NCBI RefSeq assembly: GCF_964213995.1
Contig: NC_135802.1
Coordinates: 118,110,001 to 118,174,000 of the forward strand
Reading direction: 5' to 3'
DNA from: Mustelus asterias
Lineage: Eukaryota
Length of the DNA stretch: 64,000 bases
Below are positions 27,410 through 40,720 of this stretch, in pieces (the first letter of the stretch is position 1; every line of letters begins with the position of its first letter). Below the pieces are notes generated by a model that saw nothing but the letters and a program-made list of their open reading frames with translations, was not told the DNA's origin and did not search any database. The position numbers were made by a program, and so were the translations under genes.

Positions 27410-27697
27410 ACGGTGGCGCAGTGGTTAGCACTGCTGCCTCACTGTGCCAGGAACCCAGGTTCGATTCCCGACTTGGGTCACTGTGCAGAGTCTGCAAGTT
27501 CTCCCTGTATTTGCGTAGGTTTCCTCCAGGTGCTCCGGTTTCCTCCGAAAGTATGCTGGTTAGATGTATTGGCCATGTTAAATTCACCCTCTGTGTACCT
27601 GAACAGGCGCCAGAGTGTGGCGCCTAGGGGATTTTCACAGCAACTTCATTGCAGTGTTAAGGTAAGCCTACTTGTGACATTAATAAATAAACTTTAA
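27410..27697 (+). mobile_element. V-SINE with the alternative (Rex1-like) tail
   Basis: HE1 head/V-domain, then gtgtacctgaacaggcgcc...ttttcacagcaacttcattgcagtgttaaggtaagcctacttgtgacattaataaat. Confidence 0.85.
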
Positions 27698-28391
27698 AGC
27701 TGCCAGAGGCAGTAGTAGAGGCAGGTACAATTTTGTCTTTTAAAAAACATTTAGACAGTTACATGGGTAAGATGGGTATAGAGGGATATGGGCCAAATGC
27801 GGGCAATTGAGATTAGCTAAGTGGTAAAAACTGGGCAACAAGTTGGGCCAACGGGTCTGTTTCCATGCTGTAAGCGTCTATGATTCCAGCAAAGGTGTAT
27901 CCCGGTGAGGATTCTAAGAAGGGGAGAAATCAGCCATGGATAACCAAGAAAGTTAAGGATAGTATTAAACAAAGAAAAAACAGACACACATTAGTGGTAT
28001 TGCAGAGAATTGAAAAAGTTTTTAAAAACAAAAGATGACCAAAAGAAAGGAGGGAGAAGAAGAACTATGAGAGCAAACTAGCAAGTAACATTAAAGTAGA
28101 TAGTAAGAGCTTCTTCAAATGTATAAAAAGGAAGAGAGAGGCCAAAGTGAACATAGGCCCCCTTAGAGAATGATATTGGGGAAATAATAATGGAAACGGG
28201 TCATGCTGCAGCTGTACAGAATCTTAATTAGGCCTCATTTAGAATATTGTGTACAATTCTGGTCATCTCACTACCAGAAGGATGTGGATGCTTTGGAGAG
28301 GGTGCAGAAGACGTTTACCAGGATGTTGCCAGGCCTGGAGGGTATTAACTATGAGGAGAGGTTAACTATGAGGGTATTAACTATGAGGAGA

Positions 28392-28733
28392 GGGCAGCAC
28401 GGTGGTTAGCACTGCTGCTTCACAGCTCCAGGGACCTGGGTTCGATTCCCGGCTTGGGTCACTGTCTGTGTGGAGTTTGCACATTCTCCTCGTGTCTGCG
28501 TGGGTTTCCTCCGGGTGCTCCGGTTTCCTCCCACAGTCCAAAGATGTGCGGGTTAGGTTGATTGGCCATGCTAAAAAAAAATTGCTCTTAGTGTCCTGAG
28601 ATGCGTAGGTTGGAGGGATTAGTGGGTAAATCTGTAGGGATATGGGGGTAGGGCCTGGGTGGGATTGTGGTCGGTGCAGACTCGATGGGCTGAATGGCCT
28701 CTTTCTGTACTGTAGGGTTTCTATGATTTCTAT
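28392..28733 (+). mobile_element. HE1-type V-SINE, young subfamily, inserted in a CR1
   Basis: Full head/V-domain/tail; nearly identical to 31927-32268. Confidence 0.9.
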
Positions 28734-31019
28734 GAGGTTGGATAAACTCAGTTTGTTCTCACTGGAACGACGGAGAATGAGGGGTGACCTGATAGAGGTC
28801 TACAAGATTGAGTGGCATGGACAGAGTGGATAGTCAGATGCTCTTTCCTAGGATCGAAAAGTCAAGTACTCGGGGACATAGGTTGAAGGAGCGTGGGGAA
28901 AAGTTTAGAGGAGATGTGTGAGGCAGGTTTTTTACACAGGGTGGTGAATGTCTGGAACATGCTGCCTGGGGAGGTGATGGGAGCAGGTACAATTGCAGCA
29001 TTTAAGGGGCAACTAAACGAATATATGAAGAAGATGGGGATGGAAGGATATGGACTCCGTAAATGCGTACGGTTGTAGTTTAGACGGGCATCATGATCGG
29101 TGCAGGCTTGGAGGGCCGAAGGGCCTATTCCTATGCTGTACTTTTCTTTGTTCTTTGAAACCAGTAAATGGCAGAGCAGTTAAATAAATACTTGCGTCAG
29201 TCTTCACTGTAGAAGACACCAATACCATTCTAAAAATACTAAATAATCCTTGGGTAAAAGTCGGGGGAGGAAAGAAATACAATAACTATTACTGGAGAAA
29301 AAGTACTCGGGAAGCTCCTGGGGCTAAAGGCCATTATGTCCCCTGGACATGATGGGTTGCATCCTAGGATATCAAAGGAAGTCACTACAGAGCCAGCGGA
29401 TGCACTATTAGTAATCTTCCAAGAATCCTTAAATTCTGGAAAAGTCCCAGAGGATTGGAAAACTGCCAATGTCTCTTATTCAAAAAGGGAGGGTGACAAA
29501 AACTGGTAACTTATAGGCCAGTTAGTTTAACTGGGAAAATGTCCATTATAAAGGATGCAATAGTAGAGATTTTAGAAATACATAATATAATCAAGCTGAG
29601 TCAGCATGGCTTCATGAAGGGGAAATCATATTTGACAAAGTTATTAGATTTCTTTGGTGGTAACGAGCAGAATAGATAAAAGAGAAACAAAATATGTAAT
29701 GTACTGGGATTTCGACAAAACATTTGATCAGGTACCGCACAAAAGAGTCAATGGTGTTGATGGTAGTATATCAGCATGGATAGATAATAGAAGACGCAAG
29801 AGTTGGGATATGTTGGGCATTTTCAGGAGTGTCACAGGATTCCATGCTGGCGGTACAATTATTTACAATGTACATTAAAACTTGGATGAGGGAAATAAAT
29901 GTACTATTGCCAAGTTTGTGGAAGACAGAAAAATAGGTGGGAATGCAAGTGGTGAGGATGACGGTGTCTACAGAGGGATGTAGACAAGTTAAGTGAGTGG
30001 GCAAAAATTTGGCAGATGGAATATAATGTAGGAAAATGTGAAGTTATGCACTTTGACAGGAAGAATAAAGGAGCTGAATATTTTTTGAGGACGTCATACA
30101 TAAATCACAAAAAACTAGTATGCAAGTTCAGCAGGTTACAATGTAGATGCAGAGGTAGTTTCCCCTTGTGGGAGAGCCAAGGACCAGAGGGCATAATCTC
30201 AGGTTAAGGGGTCATCCATTTAAGACCGGGATGAGGAGGAATTTCTTCTCTAAGGGTAGTGAATTCTTTACCGCAGAAAGCTATGGAGGCTGGGTCATTA
30301 AGCATGCTCAGAGCTGAGATAGACAGATGTTTAATCAGTTAGTGAATCAAGGTTATGGAGATGAGGTGAGAAAATGTAGTTGAAGGTTATCAGTCGTGAC
30401 CTTGTTAAACGATGGAGCAAACCCGATGGGCCGATTGGCTTACTGCTTCTCCTACGTCTTCTGGGCGGTCTTCAAAGAGGGTCTGATTCAGAGATGAGGC
30501 AAGCACATCCCAATGAGTGGGGAAGGAATGTCGTCAAAGACTTAGCACTGTGGATAATTAAACATATAGAAGTTAAAATGAAACAAAAAAAGGCTTATGA
30601 CAATTATAAAGCTAATAATACGGTGGGGAATTATTTTGAATATAGAAAGAATAGAGGAGATTTATAAAAGTAGGAAGTAAAATGGGTACAAAGTATGAGA
30701 TTAGATTAGCACCTAACATAAAAGGTAACCTGAAAGTATTTTTGTAAACCTACAAGTGGTTTAAAAAAAAATAGTCGAATGAAGGATGGGCCAGTTAGGG
30801 ACCAAAATGGAAATCAAACTAAGTACTTTGCACCTGTCTTTACTGGAGAAGATGATGTGGGATGGGATAAGAATAGATAAAGAACTGAAAAAATTTGCCA
30901 CTCTGAAAGAAGAAATGTCACCCAGCCCAGATTTCATCCTGGATTACTGATGAAAATAAGGGTGGAAATTGTGGAGGCTCTTGCCATAATCTTCAGTCCT
31001 ATTTGATTATTTGACTATT

Positions 31020-32940
31020 TTTTAATTCATTTATGAGATACTGTGCCAGCATTTATTGCCCTTGAGAACATGGTGGTGAGCTGCTGCTTGAACCGCTGCA
31101 GTCCCTGTGGTGTAGGTACACCCACAGTGTGGTTAAGGAGGGAGAGACCCAGGATTTTGACCCAGCAACAATCAATGAACAGTGACATATTTCCAGGTCA
31201 GGATGGTGAGTGACTTGGAGGATTCCAGGTGGTGTTCCCATGTTTCTACTGCCCTTGTCCTTCTAGATGGTAGTCATCATGGGTTTGGAAGCTGCTGTCT
31301 AAAGAGCCTTGGTGAGTTCCTGTAGTGCATCTTGTAGGTGGTACACATTTCTTCCAATGTTCATCAGTGATGGAAGGAGTGAATATTTGTAGAAGGGGTG
31401 TCAATCAATTGGGCTGTGGTGTCAAGCTTCTTCAGTGTTGGAGTGGCAAGTGGAGAGTATTCCATCGCGTTCCTGATTTGTGCCTTGTAGATGATGGGCA
31501 GGCTTTGGGGAATCAGTAAACGAGTTACTCTCTGCAGGATCCCTAGCCTCTGACTTGTTCTCATAGCCATTGTATTTATATGGTCAGTCCAGTTAAGTTT
31601 CTGGGCAATGTTAACCCCCATGATGTTGCTAGAGGGGGAATTGAGCAATGGTAATGTTATTGAATGTCAAGAGTTAATGGTTAGATTCTCTCTTGTTGGA
31701 GATAGTCATTGCCTAGCACTTTTGTGGCGCAAACGTTACTTGCCACTTGTCCACACAAGCCTGAATGTTGTCCAGATCTTGCTGCATTTGGACATGGGCA
31801 ACTTCGGTATCTGAGGAGTCATGAATGGTGCTGAACATTTTACCAACATCCCCGCTTCTGACCTCCTAATGAAAGTAAGGTCATTAATGAAGCAGCTGAA
31901 GATGGTTGGGTCCAGGACTACCCTGAGGGCAGCACGGTGGTTAACACTGCTGCTTCACAGCTCCAGGGACCTGGGTTCGATTCCCGGCTTGGGTCGCTGT
32001 CTGTGTGGCGTTTGCACATTCTCCTCGTGTCTACGTGGGTTTCCTCCGCGTGCTCCGGTTTCCTCCCACAGTCCAAAGATGTGCGGGTTAGGTTGATTGG
32101 CCATGCTAAAAAAAAATTGCCCTCCGTGTCCTGAGATGTGTAGGTTAGAGGGATTAGTGGGTAAATCTGTAGGGATATGGGGGTAGGGCCTGGGTGGGAT
32201 TGTGGTCGGTGCAGACTCGATGGGCCGAATGGCCTCTTTCTGTACTGTAGGGTTTCTATGATTCTATGAACTCCTGCAGTGATGTTCTGGAACTGAGATC
32301 ATTGACCTCCAACAACCAGAACCACCATCTATCTTCCTTTGTGCCAGGTATGACTCCAACTAATGGAGAGTTCCCCCGCATGATTCCCATTGGCTCCAAT
32401 ATTGCTAGGACTCCTTGATGCTACACTCGGTCAAATGCTGCCTTGATGTCAAGGGCATTCACTTACCTTGTACAGCTCTTTTGTCCATGTCTGAACCAAG
32501 GTTGTATATAACGAGGTCAATAGAGAGTGACCCTGGTGGAACCCAAACAGATAGTCAGTGAGCCGGTTGTTGCTGAGCAAGTGCTGCATGATAGCATTGT
32601 TAATGACTCCTTCCATCACTTTACTGAGGATCAAGAGTGGACTGATAGGGCAGTAAATGGCTGGTTGGATCTGTGCTGTAGTTTGTGTACAGAATATCTC
32701 TAGGCAATCTTTCACATTACCACGTAGGTGCCTATGTTGTAGCTGGACTGGAACAGCATGGCTAGGGACATGGCAAATTCTGGAGCACAAGTCCTCAGTG
32801 CGGTTGCCAGAATATTGTCAAGGCCTTTGCTGTATTCAGTGCCTTGAGGTGTTTTTTGATATGTTGAATTGGTTAAAGACTGGCATCTGTGATGCTGAGG
32901 CCGAGATGGATCATCCACTTGACACTTCTGGCTGAAGGTT
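31020..32940 (-). mobile_element. Decayed APE-RT LINE (tRNA-head family), RT and 3' part, with an HE1 SINE at 31927-32268 (+)
   Basis: LRTCAPE, YCPISPLLILSKVMEGV, FGFHQGHS, IYKAQIRNAMEYS; 3' tail ttattgcccttgaga. Confidence 0.85.
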
Positions 32941-33559
32941 ATTGGGAGAGATAAACCTGCAACTACAGGTCAGTCAATCTAAGAAAAATAAAGACTATTG
33001 GATTAAAGAGTATGAATTTTTTTAAAATAGCTCGGAGAGTAATAATTGCTTTACAGATTGGAGTAAAATGTGTTGAGTTCCCATGGGTCAACATTAGGAC
33101 CACTGCTCTTTTCAATATATTACTGATTTAATGCAGAGAAGTGTAAAGTGATGCATTTTTATAGGAAGACTGAGGAGATGCATTATGAACTATATGGTGC
33201 AATTTTAAATGCATGAATCTGTTGTACAAGGATGTTATTTTTCCAAATCTGTAACATAGTAGCACTTTAGAACTGTCAAATGGCCTTTGAAAGTCCATGT
33301 GCACATCAATTCCACTATCATCAACCACTCTTACCATAACTTCAACAAACTTGATCAAGTTAGTCGAACAGATTTTGCCTTCAATGTGTTGCCTTTTATT
33401 AGCCCATAATTTCCCAGGTGCCAATTAGTTTTGTACCAAATTGGTGTCTCAAATGTTTCCCCACCATTGACCTTAGATTGACTGACCCCTTGTAGTTGCC
33501 AGGTTTATCTCTCCCAATAATCTTCAGCCTGAAGTGTCAAGTGGATAAATATTAGAAGG

Positions 33560-34280
33560 TGACAGGACCAGTTGAGAAGGTTTTTGAAGGGATATAAAAC
33601 ACTGGCTGGGCCTCAGCTGGATAACTGTTAAATTCTGGGCACCATGCTTTAAGAAGGATGCACCCTGGATAGAACATAGAACATAACAGTGCAGTACAGG
33701 CCCTTCGGCCCTCGATGTTGCGCCGACCAGTGAAACCAATCTAAAGCCCCTCTAATCTCCTCCATTCCAATATCATCCATATGTTTATCCAATAACCATT
33801 TGGATAGGGTGCAGAAGAAATTTACTAGAATAGTGCCAGTGATGAGGAACTAAATCTATGTGGAGAGACTGGAGAAGCTGAGCTTATTCACACAGCGGAG
33901 ACTAGTAAGAGGAAATTTGATGAAGATGTTCTAAATCACAAATGACTTTGACGAACGAGAAGAAACTGTTTTTGTTGGCAGAAGGGCCAGTAACCCAAGG
34001 ACACCAATTGAAGGTAATTGGCGAAAGAGTCAGAGGCAACGTGAGGAAAATTATTTTTATACTGTAAGTTGTGAACTGAAACGCATTGCCTAAAAGGGTG
34101 GTGGAAGCATATTCAGTAACTTCCAAAAGATAATTGGATATATACTTCAAAGGGAAACATTTACACGGCTATGAGAAAAGAACAGGAGAGTGAGATTAGT
34201 AATGAATAGCTCTACCAAAGAGCCAGCGTAGGCATGATGGGCTAAATGGCCTCCTGCACTGTATAATTCTATGATTCTAT
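33560..34280 (+). mobile_element. Old CR1 3' remnant with a small reverse CR1 tail inserted (~33670-33800)
   Basis: ttctgggcaccatgctttaagaaggatg; tail ggcatgatgggctaaatggcctcc...ttctatgattct. Confidence 0.7.
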
Positions 34281-35563
34281 CTTGCATTGACCTTCTACAT
34301 TTTCCCATTTGTTTTATAATTTCCTGTTAATTAATGAAGAACATTTTATGGGGCAAAAGGTGCTGTTTCTATTTTGTGATTCATAGAATTGTCATTGGTT
34401 TCAGAGGATTTTTGAAAGATACAGTACCCAAGTTGTACAACCAATATTATTCCACACTTCACATCAGGCAGGTTCCCACAGAGAGAAGAGTAGCTGAATC
34501 ACTCTGGATTTCCCTTGCACACCCGTTAGAAGGTCGTTTCGAGTAACTGTCATATAGAAAAATATTGCCTGACTGCATCCCAGTAGAAAAGTGTGTAGAA
34601 AGATGGAATTTTATTTGAAATCACTTGCTGTCTCAAGTAAGTTTTAATGACCTTTTGCTTCCCTGGGTAATCAGTTGCCCATAAAAATCCTGCCATTGGT
34701 AAGTGATTTAAAAAATACATATTAGAATCAAATTCCCCTCGCTCACATGAACTTAATCAAATCCATATGTTTATGTCCACAGAATTTGGTTTTAAGGCTG
34801 TAGTCAACAATCTGAAGTTCACAGTATTCCCTCAACTTTGTGAATTATATTGCAGAATACAAATCATGATTTGCTAACTTAAAAGAAAATAGTTAACTTA
34901 TGAACAGCATATTTTATGGCTTAATTTTGTAGCCCCTGATTTTTTTGTAAGAAATTCTTTAAGTTTAATTTAAATTTAATTTAAACATAATTTATTCTTT
35001 GGTAATTTGCCATTGTTTTCCCCTGTGTATACCAGAGTTGCTGAACTATTCAGTTAATGAGTGAGGCTGGAGATAAACTGGCTACAGTACAAATTTCCTA
35101 GAAGAATTCTTTTAATCATAACTGTGATCTGGAAATAATTGGTTTGGAGGGTCATTGTAACTAGTTCGAAATACTGGCCACAATAGTTTTAAAAGTTTTG
35201 GGCATGGAGTATGCAGGATCATATGTCACAAATCTAAATGGTTAAAAAAATTGAGGGTAGTTACAGAAATTGTTGTGAATAAACTGTAGATGCTCAATAT
35301 ACATGGTGTAAAGCCTTCAAATGAATCTTGGGGTAAGCATTGTTTCTGTTTATTGCAGAGATGTCTGTTTCTGTGATTCTTCACAAGATACCAATATGTT
35401 TGAGTAGCATACAGCACCCTCTGCTGTCTTCATTTTAGAAATCTTTACAGTTCATTTTATCATTGTATGAAACATGGCCATTAACATTAGTCATAGTGTT
35501 TTGTTCTCCATCGAGTTTGTAGACATGTCACAGTTTATTGAACTTAATTATTTCTCCTTTCAG

Positions 35564-35662
35564 AATGAAGATGGAACAATTGACATCAGAGAGTATGTGA
35601 TTGCCTTGTCTGTAGTATCAAGACCATCTAAAACTCACGAAACTATTAAGTTGGCATTTAGG
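35564..35662 (+). CDS. LPCAT1: LPCAT1 coding exon with EF-hand, NEDGTIDIREYVIALSVVSRPSKTHETIKLAFR
   Basis: cctttcag acceptor and gtgagt donor; 99 nt; lies inside ORF 35474..35866. Confidence 0.95.
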
Positions 35663-36649
35663 GTGAGTATCATTGTGCCAATTTTGATTGGACTTGCAAT
35701 CAAAAATGATTGTCTGCAGTATAATTTTATGAAGCTGATTGAAATGATCAGTTTTTGGCTCTTGTACCAATGTACCTTCTCAAATGATTGGAGGAAATTG
35801 TTCGGTTTCAGTACAAAATTAAAGTCTCTTGAAATTCAGCAAAACGTATCTATTTTAGTCTTTTAAAAAAACCATTGACGTTGCAGCAATTAATGCATAC
35901 CACAGTAGTTTCATATTATGAATAATTTAGTATTTATGCTTGTGTTATGATGTGCAAGGGAAGAGAGCACAGACACGGATAGACCATTTGATCCATCAAG
36001 CCCAACCTTTCACGGGTCTCAGACAATGTACTCTGTCAAAGACTCTACCCAACTATGTTCTTTACTATGAAAGAAAGATCTGGGGACAGGACAGTGTTCC
36101 TGTTTCCAAACATAATTGGCCAAACTCCCAGGATATTTAACCTTGCAAACTTCATTTTTAACCCTGGTTGGATTGTCTTGCAGAGTTGAGATATCCATGG
36201 TTCGAGCACCACTGGAACCATCATGTGCCATGGAGTATTTATTATCTCTTATTATCCTTATAACCTGCAGTCCTATTCATCATCCAATAATTTCTCAAAC
36301 CTTTGTAAAAAGTTAATCGATTTAAATTAATTGTCTTTGCTAATGTTTGTTCTGTGTTAATATAAAAATTACTTTCTTGGTAGGACAGTTCTAACTGTAA
36401 TCTTGCTAGCTTTTCTGCTTGTGGTTGTAATGCTGCTTCATCAGTGCATGCCAAACAGGCTGCCTACATCTATATTACCTTTGCAACTCTGCCTTTTGTA
36501 GCCTTGGAATATATTCCTTTCTCTCTCTTTGAGGGTGGAGGGTTCACGTGAGGGAAGACTTTAATGATAACCATAATTTAACAGAAAAATACAGCATACA
36601 AACCAATGAGTGCACCAACAAATAGGGTCAAAGTAAAAAAAAATGGTAA

Positions 36650-37410
36650 AAGTACAGAATTAAAGGCTGTTTATCTGAATGCACTTAATATTTGTAACAA
36701 GATGGATGAAGTGGTTTAAGAGATGGTGGATGCATGAGTACAAATCTTCCAAAGTTCCTAGACTCGGGAAAGGCACTGGTGGATTGGAAAACTGTATTCA
36801 AGAAAGGAGGAAGACCAAAAGCAGGAAACAATAGGCCAGTGAGCCTAGCATCTGTCATTGGGAAAATGCTGAAATCCAGAATTAAGGAAGTAGCTGCAAA
36901 ATATTTAGAAAATAATAATCCAGTAGAGCCAACATAGCTTTGTGAAAGGGCAATAGTGTTTGACAAATTTTCTTGGCATTCTTTGAGGATATAACGAGCA
37001 AGATGGATAAAGGGGAGCCAGTAGACTTAGTGTGTATTTAGATTTCCAAAAGACACTCATAAGATGCCACATAAAAGGTTCTACACAAATTAAGAACTTG
37101 GGAGTAATATATTAGCATTACTAGAGGACTGGTTACCTAACAGGAAACGGAGAGTTGTACTGAATGGATCATTTTCAACTTGGCAAACTGTAACTAGTTG
37201 AGTTCCACAGGGATCAGTGCTGGGGCCTAAACTGTTTACAATAAAAATTCATGACTTGGAAGAAGAAACTAAATATTGTAGCCAAATTTGCTGACAATAT
37301 GATAGGTAGGAAAGCAGGTTGTGGGGAGGACACTGTAAAGAGTCTGCAAGGGAATATGATAGATTGAGTGGGCAAAATCTGCCAAATTAAGTATAATGTA
37401 AAAAAAACTG
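36650..37410 (+). mobile_element. Decayed CR1 RT region
   Basis: DWKTVFKKGGRPKAGNNRPVSLAS; ccacagggatcagtgctggggcc; tttgctgac. Confidence 0.8.
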
Positions 37411-39022
37411 TACTCCCGATACTCCCCACGTTGGAGATCTCTACTGCCTCCCGAAGATGCGCAAGGCCAACACACGTGGCTGTCCCATCGTATCAGGCAA
37501 TGGAACCTTGTGAGAGAACACCTCTGGCTACGTCAAGGGCATCCTGAAACCCATTGTACAAGGAATCCGCAGCTCCTGTCACGACACTATGGACTTCTTA
37601 CAGAAACTCGGCACCCATGGAGCAGTTGAACCAGGAACGCTTCTCGTCACAATGGATGTCTTGGCACTCAACACCAGCATCCCCCATGACGATGGCATTG
37701 CTGCAACAGCCTCAGTACTCAATACTGACAACTGTCAATCTACAGATGCAATTCTACAACTCAACTGCTTCATTCTGGACCACAACATCTTCACCTTCAA
37801 CAACCAGTTCTTCATCCAGACACGAAACAGCCATGTACACCAACGTCTTCATGCACAAATTCAAACAAAACCTCTCCACCGCACAGGACCTCCACCCGAC
37901 TCTATACACTAGATACATCGATGACATTTTCTTCCTTTGGACTCACGGCAAGAATCACTGAAAAGGCTACATGATGACATCAAGTTCCATCCACCATCAG
38001 ACTCACCCTGGACTACTCTCCAGAATCTGTTGCATTCTTGGACACACGCATCTCCATCAAGGACGGTCACCTCAGCACTTCATTCTACCGCAAGCCCATG
38101 GAAAACCTCACGATGCTCCACTTCTCCAGCTTTCACCCTAAACATATCAAAAAAGCCATCCCCTACGGACAAGCCTTCTGTATACACAGGATCTGCTCAA
38201 ATGAGGAGGAACGCAACAGACATCTACAGACACTGAAAGACGCCCCCGTAAGAATGGGAAATGGCGTTCGACTCATCAATCGACAATTCCGAAGCACCAC
38301 CGCAATAAATCGCACCAACCTCCTCAGAAGACAAACACGGGACACAACCGACAGAGTACCCTTCGTCGTCCAGTACTTCCCCAGAGCGTAGAAACTACAA
38401 CATCATCTTCGGAGCCTTCAACATGTCGTCGATGAAGACTAATATCTCGCCAAGGCCATCCCCACACCCCCGCTACTTGCCTTCAAACAAGCGCACAACC
38501 TCAAACAGACCAAACAAACGCAGCAAATTACCCAGCCTTCAACAGTCGAGGGCATTCAGCCTCCAATTTTTGGGTAAGCGTTCTCCAAGACGCACGACAA
38601 TGCAGAATCACCGAGCAGAAACTGATAGTCAAGTTCTGCACGCATGAGGACGGCCTCAACCAGGATCCTGGGTTCATGTTACTACATGTAACCCCCACCA
38701 TTTGGCCTGGGTTTACAAAATCCTATTCACTTTCCTGGCTTGAAACAATTCACACCTCTTTAACCTGTGATTATCCCTCTCTCCATTCACATTGTCTGTA
38801 ATTGTAAAGACTTGATTACCTGTAAAGACTTGCATTCCAACCATTATTTTGCAATTGAGTTTCTGTCTATATATGCCGTGTTTGTGAACCCACCTCTCCA
38901 CTCACCTGTTGAAGGAGCAGAGCTCCGAAAGCCCATTATACCAACTAAACCTGTTGGACTTCAACGTGGTGTTGAGACTTCTTACTATACCCACCTCAGT
39001 CCAACGCCGGCATCTGCACATC
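37410..39022 (+). mobile_element. Penelope-like retroelement (frameshifted RT, truncated C-terminus, terminal repeat)
   Basis: LLVTMDVLALNTSIPHDDG, YTRYIDDIFFLWTHG, STSFYRKP, LHFSSFHPKHIKKAIPYGQ..IHRICS; terminal repeat with mutated hammerhead CTGTTGA..GAAA at 38906-38930. Confidence 0.9.
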
Positions 39023-39039
39023 ATGAAAAATTGAGAGGT

Positions 39040-40720
39040 TGTCCACTTTGGCTATTAAATACATTAACAATTTGGAAGAAGGAACCAAAGGCGCTGTTGC
39101 TATGTTTGCAGATGATACAAAGATATGTAGAGGGACAGGTAGTATTGAGGAAGCAGGGGGGCTGCAGAAGGACTTGGACAGGTTGGGAGAGTGGGCAAAG
39201 AAGTTGCAGGTGGAAAAGTGTGAGGTTATGCACTTTGGAAGGAGGAATGGAAGCACAGACTAGTTTCTAAATGTTGAAATGCTTAGGAAATCAGAAACAC
39301 AAAGGGACTTGAGAGTCCTTGTTCAAGATTCTCTTAAGGTTAACGTGCAGGTTCAGTTGGCAGTTAGGAAGGCAAATGTAATGTTAGCGTTCATGTCGAG
39401 AGGGCTAGAATACAAGAGCAGGGATGTACTTCTGAGGCCCTGTATCTAAGGAAGGATGTACTGGCCTTGGAAAGGGTCCAGAGGAGGTTCACAAGAATGA
39501 TCCCTAGAATGAAGATCTTGTCGCATGAGAAACGGTTGAGGACTCTGGATCTGTACTCGTTAGAGTTTAGAAAGATGAGGGGGGATCTTATTGAAACTTA
39601 CAGGATACTGCGAGGTCTGGATAGAATGGATGTGGAGAGGATATTTCCGCTAGTAGGAAAAACTAGAACCAGAGGGCACAACCTCAGGCTAAAGGGACGA
39701 TCCTTTAAAACAGAGATGAGGAGGAATTTCTTCAGCCAGAGAGTGGTGACTCTGTGGAACTCTTTTCTGCAGAAGGCTGTGGAGGCCAAGACATTGAGTG
39801 TCTTTAAGACAGAGATAGATAGGTTCTTGATTAATAAGGGGATCAGGGTTTATGGGGAAAAGGCAGGAGAATGGGGATGAGAAAAATATCAGCCATGATT
39901 GAATGGCGGAGCATACTCGATGGGCCAAGTGGCCTAATTCTGCTCCTATGTCTTATGATCTTATGGAGAAATAGAAAAGCTGATTTTTTTTTTAAGTGGG
40001 GAGAGACTGCACAGTGCTGTGGTACAGAAGGATCTGGATGTCCTCATGTGAATCTCGGAACGTTAGCCTGCAGTTATAGAAAGTAATTGGGATGGAAATT
40101 GTATATTTCCCTTTATTGCAAAGATCATGGAGTATAAAGTAGGAAAGATATGCTTCAGTTAACAGAACACAGGTGAGATCTCACCCAGGGTACTGGTCTG
40201 CTTCCTGAGGAAGGATACATTTGCATTAATGGTAGTTCAGAGAAGGTTCAGTGGATTGAATCTTGGAATTAAAGATCATCTTGTGAGAAACTGTTGAGCA
40301 GTTTGAGTCCATACTCATTGGAGTTTCAAGCAATGAGAGTAATTTTATTGAAATATAAAGATTCTAAGGGGGGCTTGAAATTGTCGATGCTGGGAGGATG
40401 TTTCTCCTCGTGGGGAATCTAGAAGTAGGGGGCAGAGTTTAAAAATAAGGGGTCTCCCATTTAAGACAGATGAGGAGGAACTTCTTCTCTTGAGGTCCAT
40501 TAATCTTTGGGAGTCACTACCCCATTGTACAGTAGAGGCTGCACCACTGATTCCCTAGTAGATCAAAATCTATCTAACACAACCTTGAATATATTCAGGA
40601 GGAGAGCCAGGAAAGTGGAATTATGGTCACAATCAGCTATTGAATGTTGCAGCAGGCTTGCGGCCAAAGGGAGAGTGGGCAAAGAAGTTGCAGGTGTCTT
40701 CTGCTCCTATTTCATAAGTT
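39040..40720 (+). mobile_element. Two adjacent CR1 3' fragments (39040-39965 younger, 39970-40720 older)
   Basis: MFADDTK, KCEVMHFG, ERVQRRFTRMIP, RTRGHNLRL, RRNFFSQRVV. Confidence 0.85.

Larger units (their letters stand above)
26560..30460 (+). mobile_element. Nested stack of decayed CR1 LINEs (APE to RT to 3' end) carrying SINE and CR1 insertions
   Basis: LIIGDFNL, LDLLMCN, RPHLEYCVQFWS, YWDFDKTFDQVPH, KCEVMHF; CR1 tails at ~27885, ~29155 and ~30460. Confidence 0.85.
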
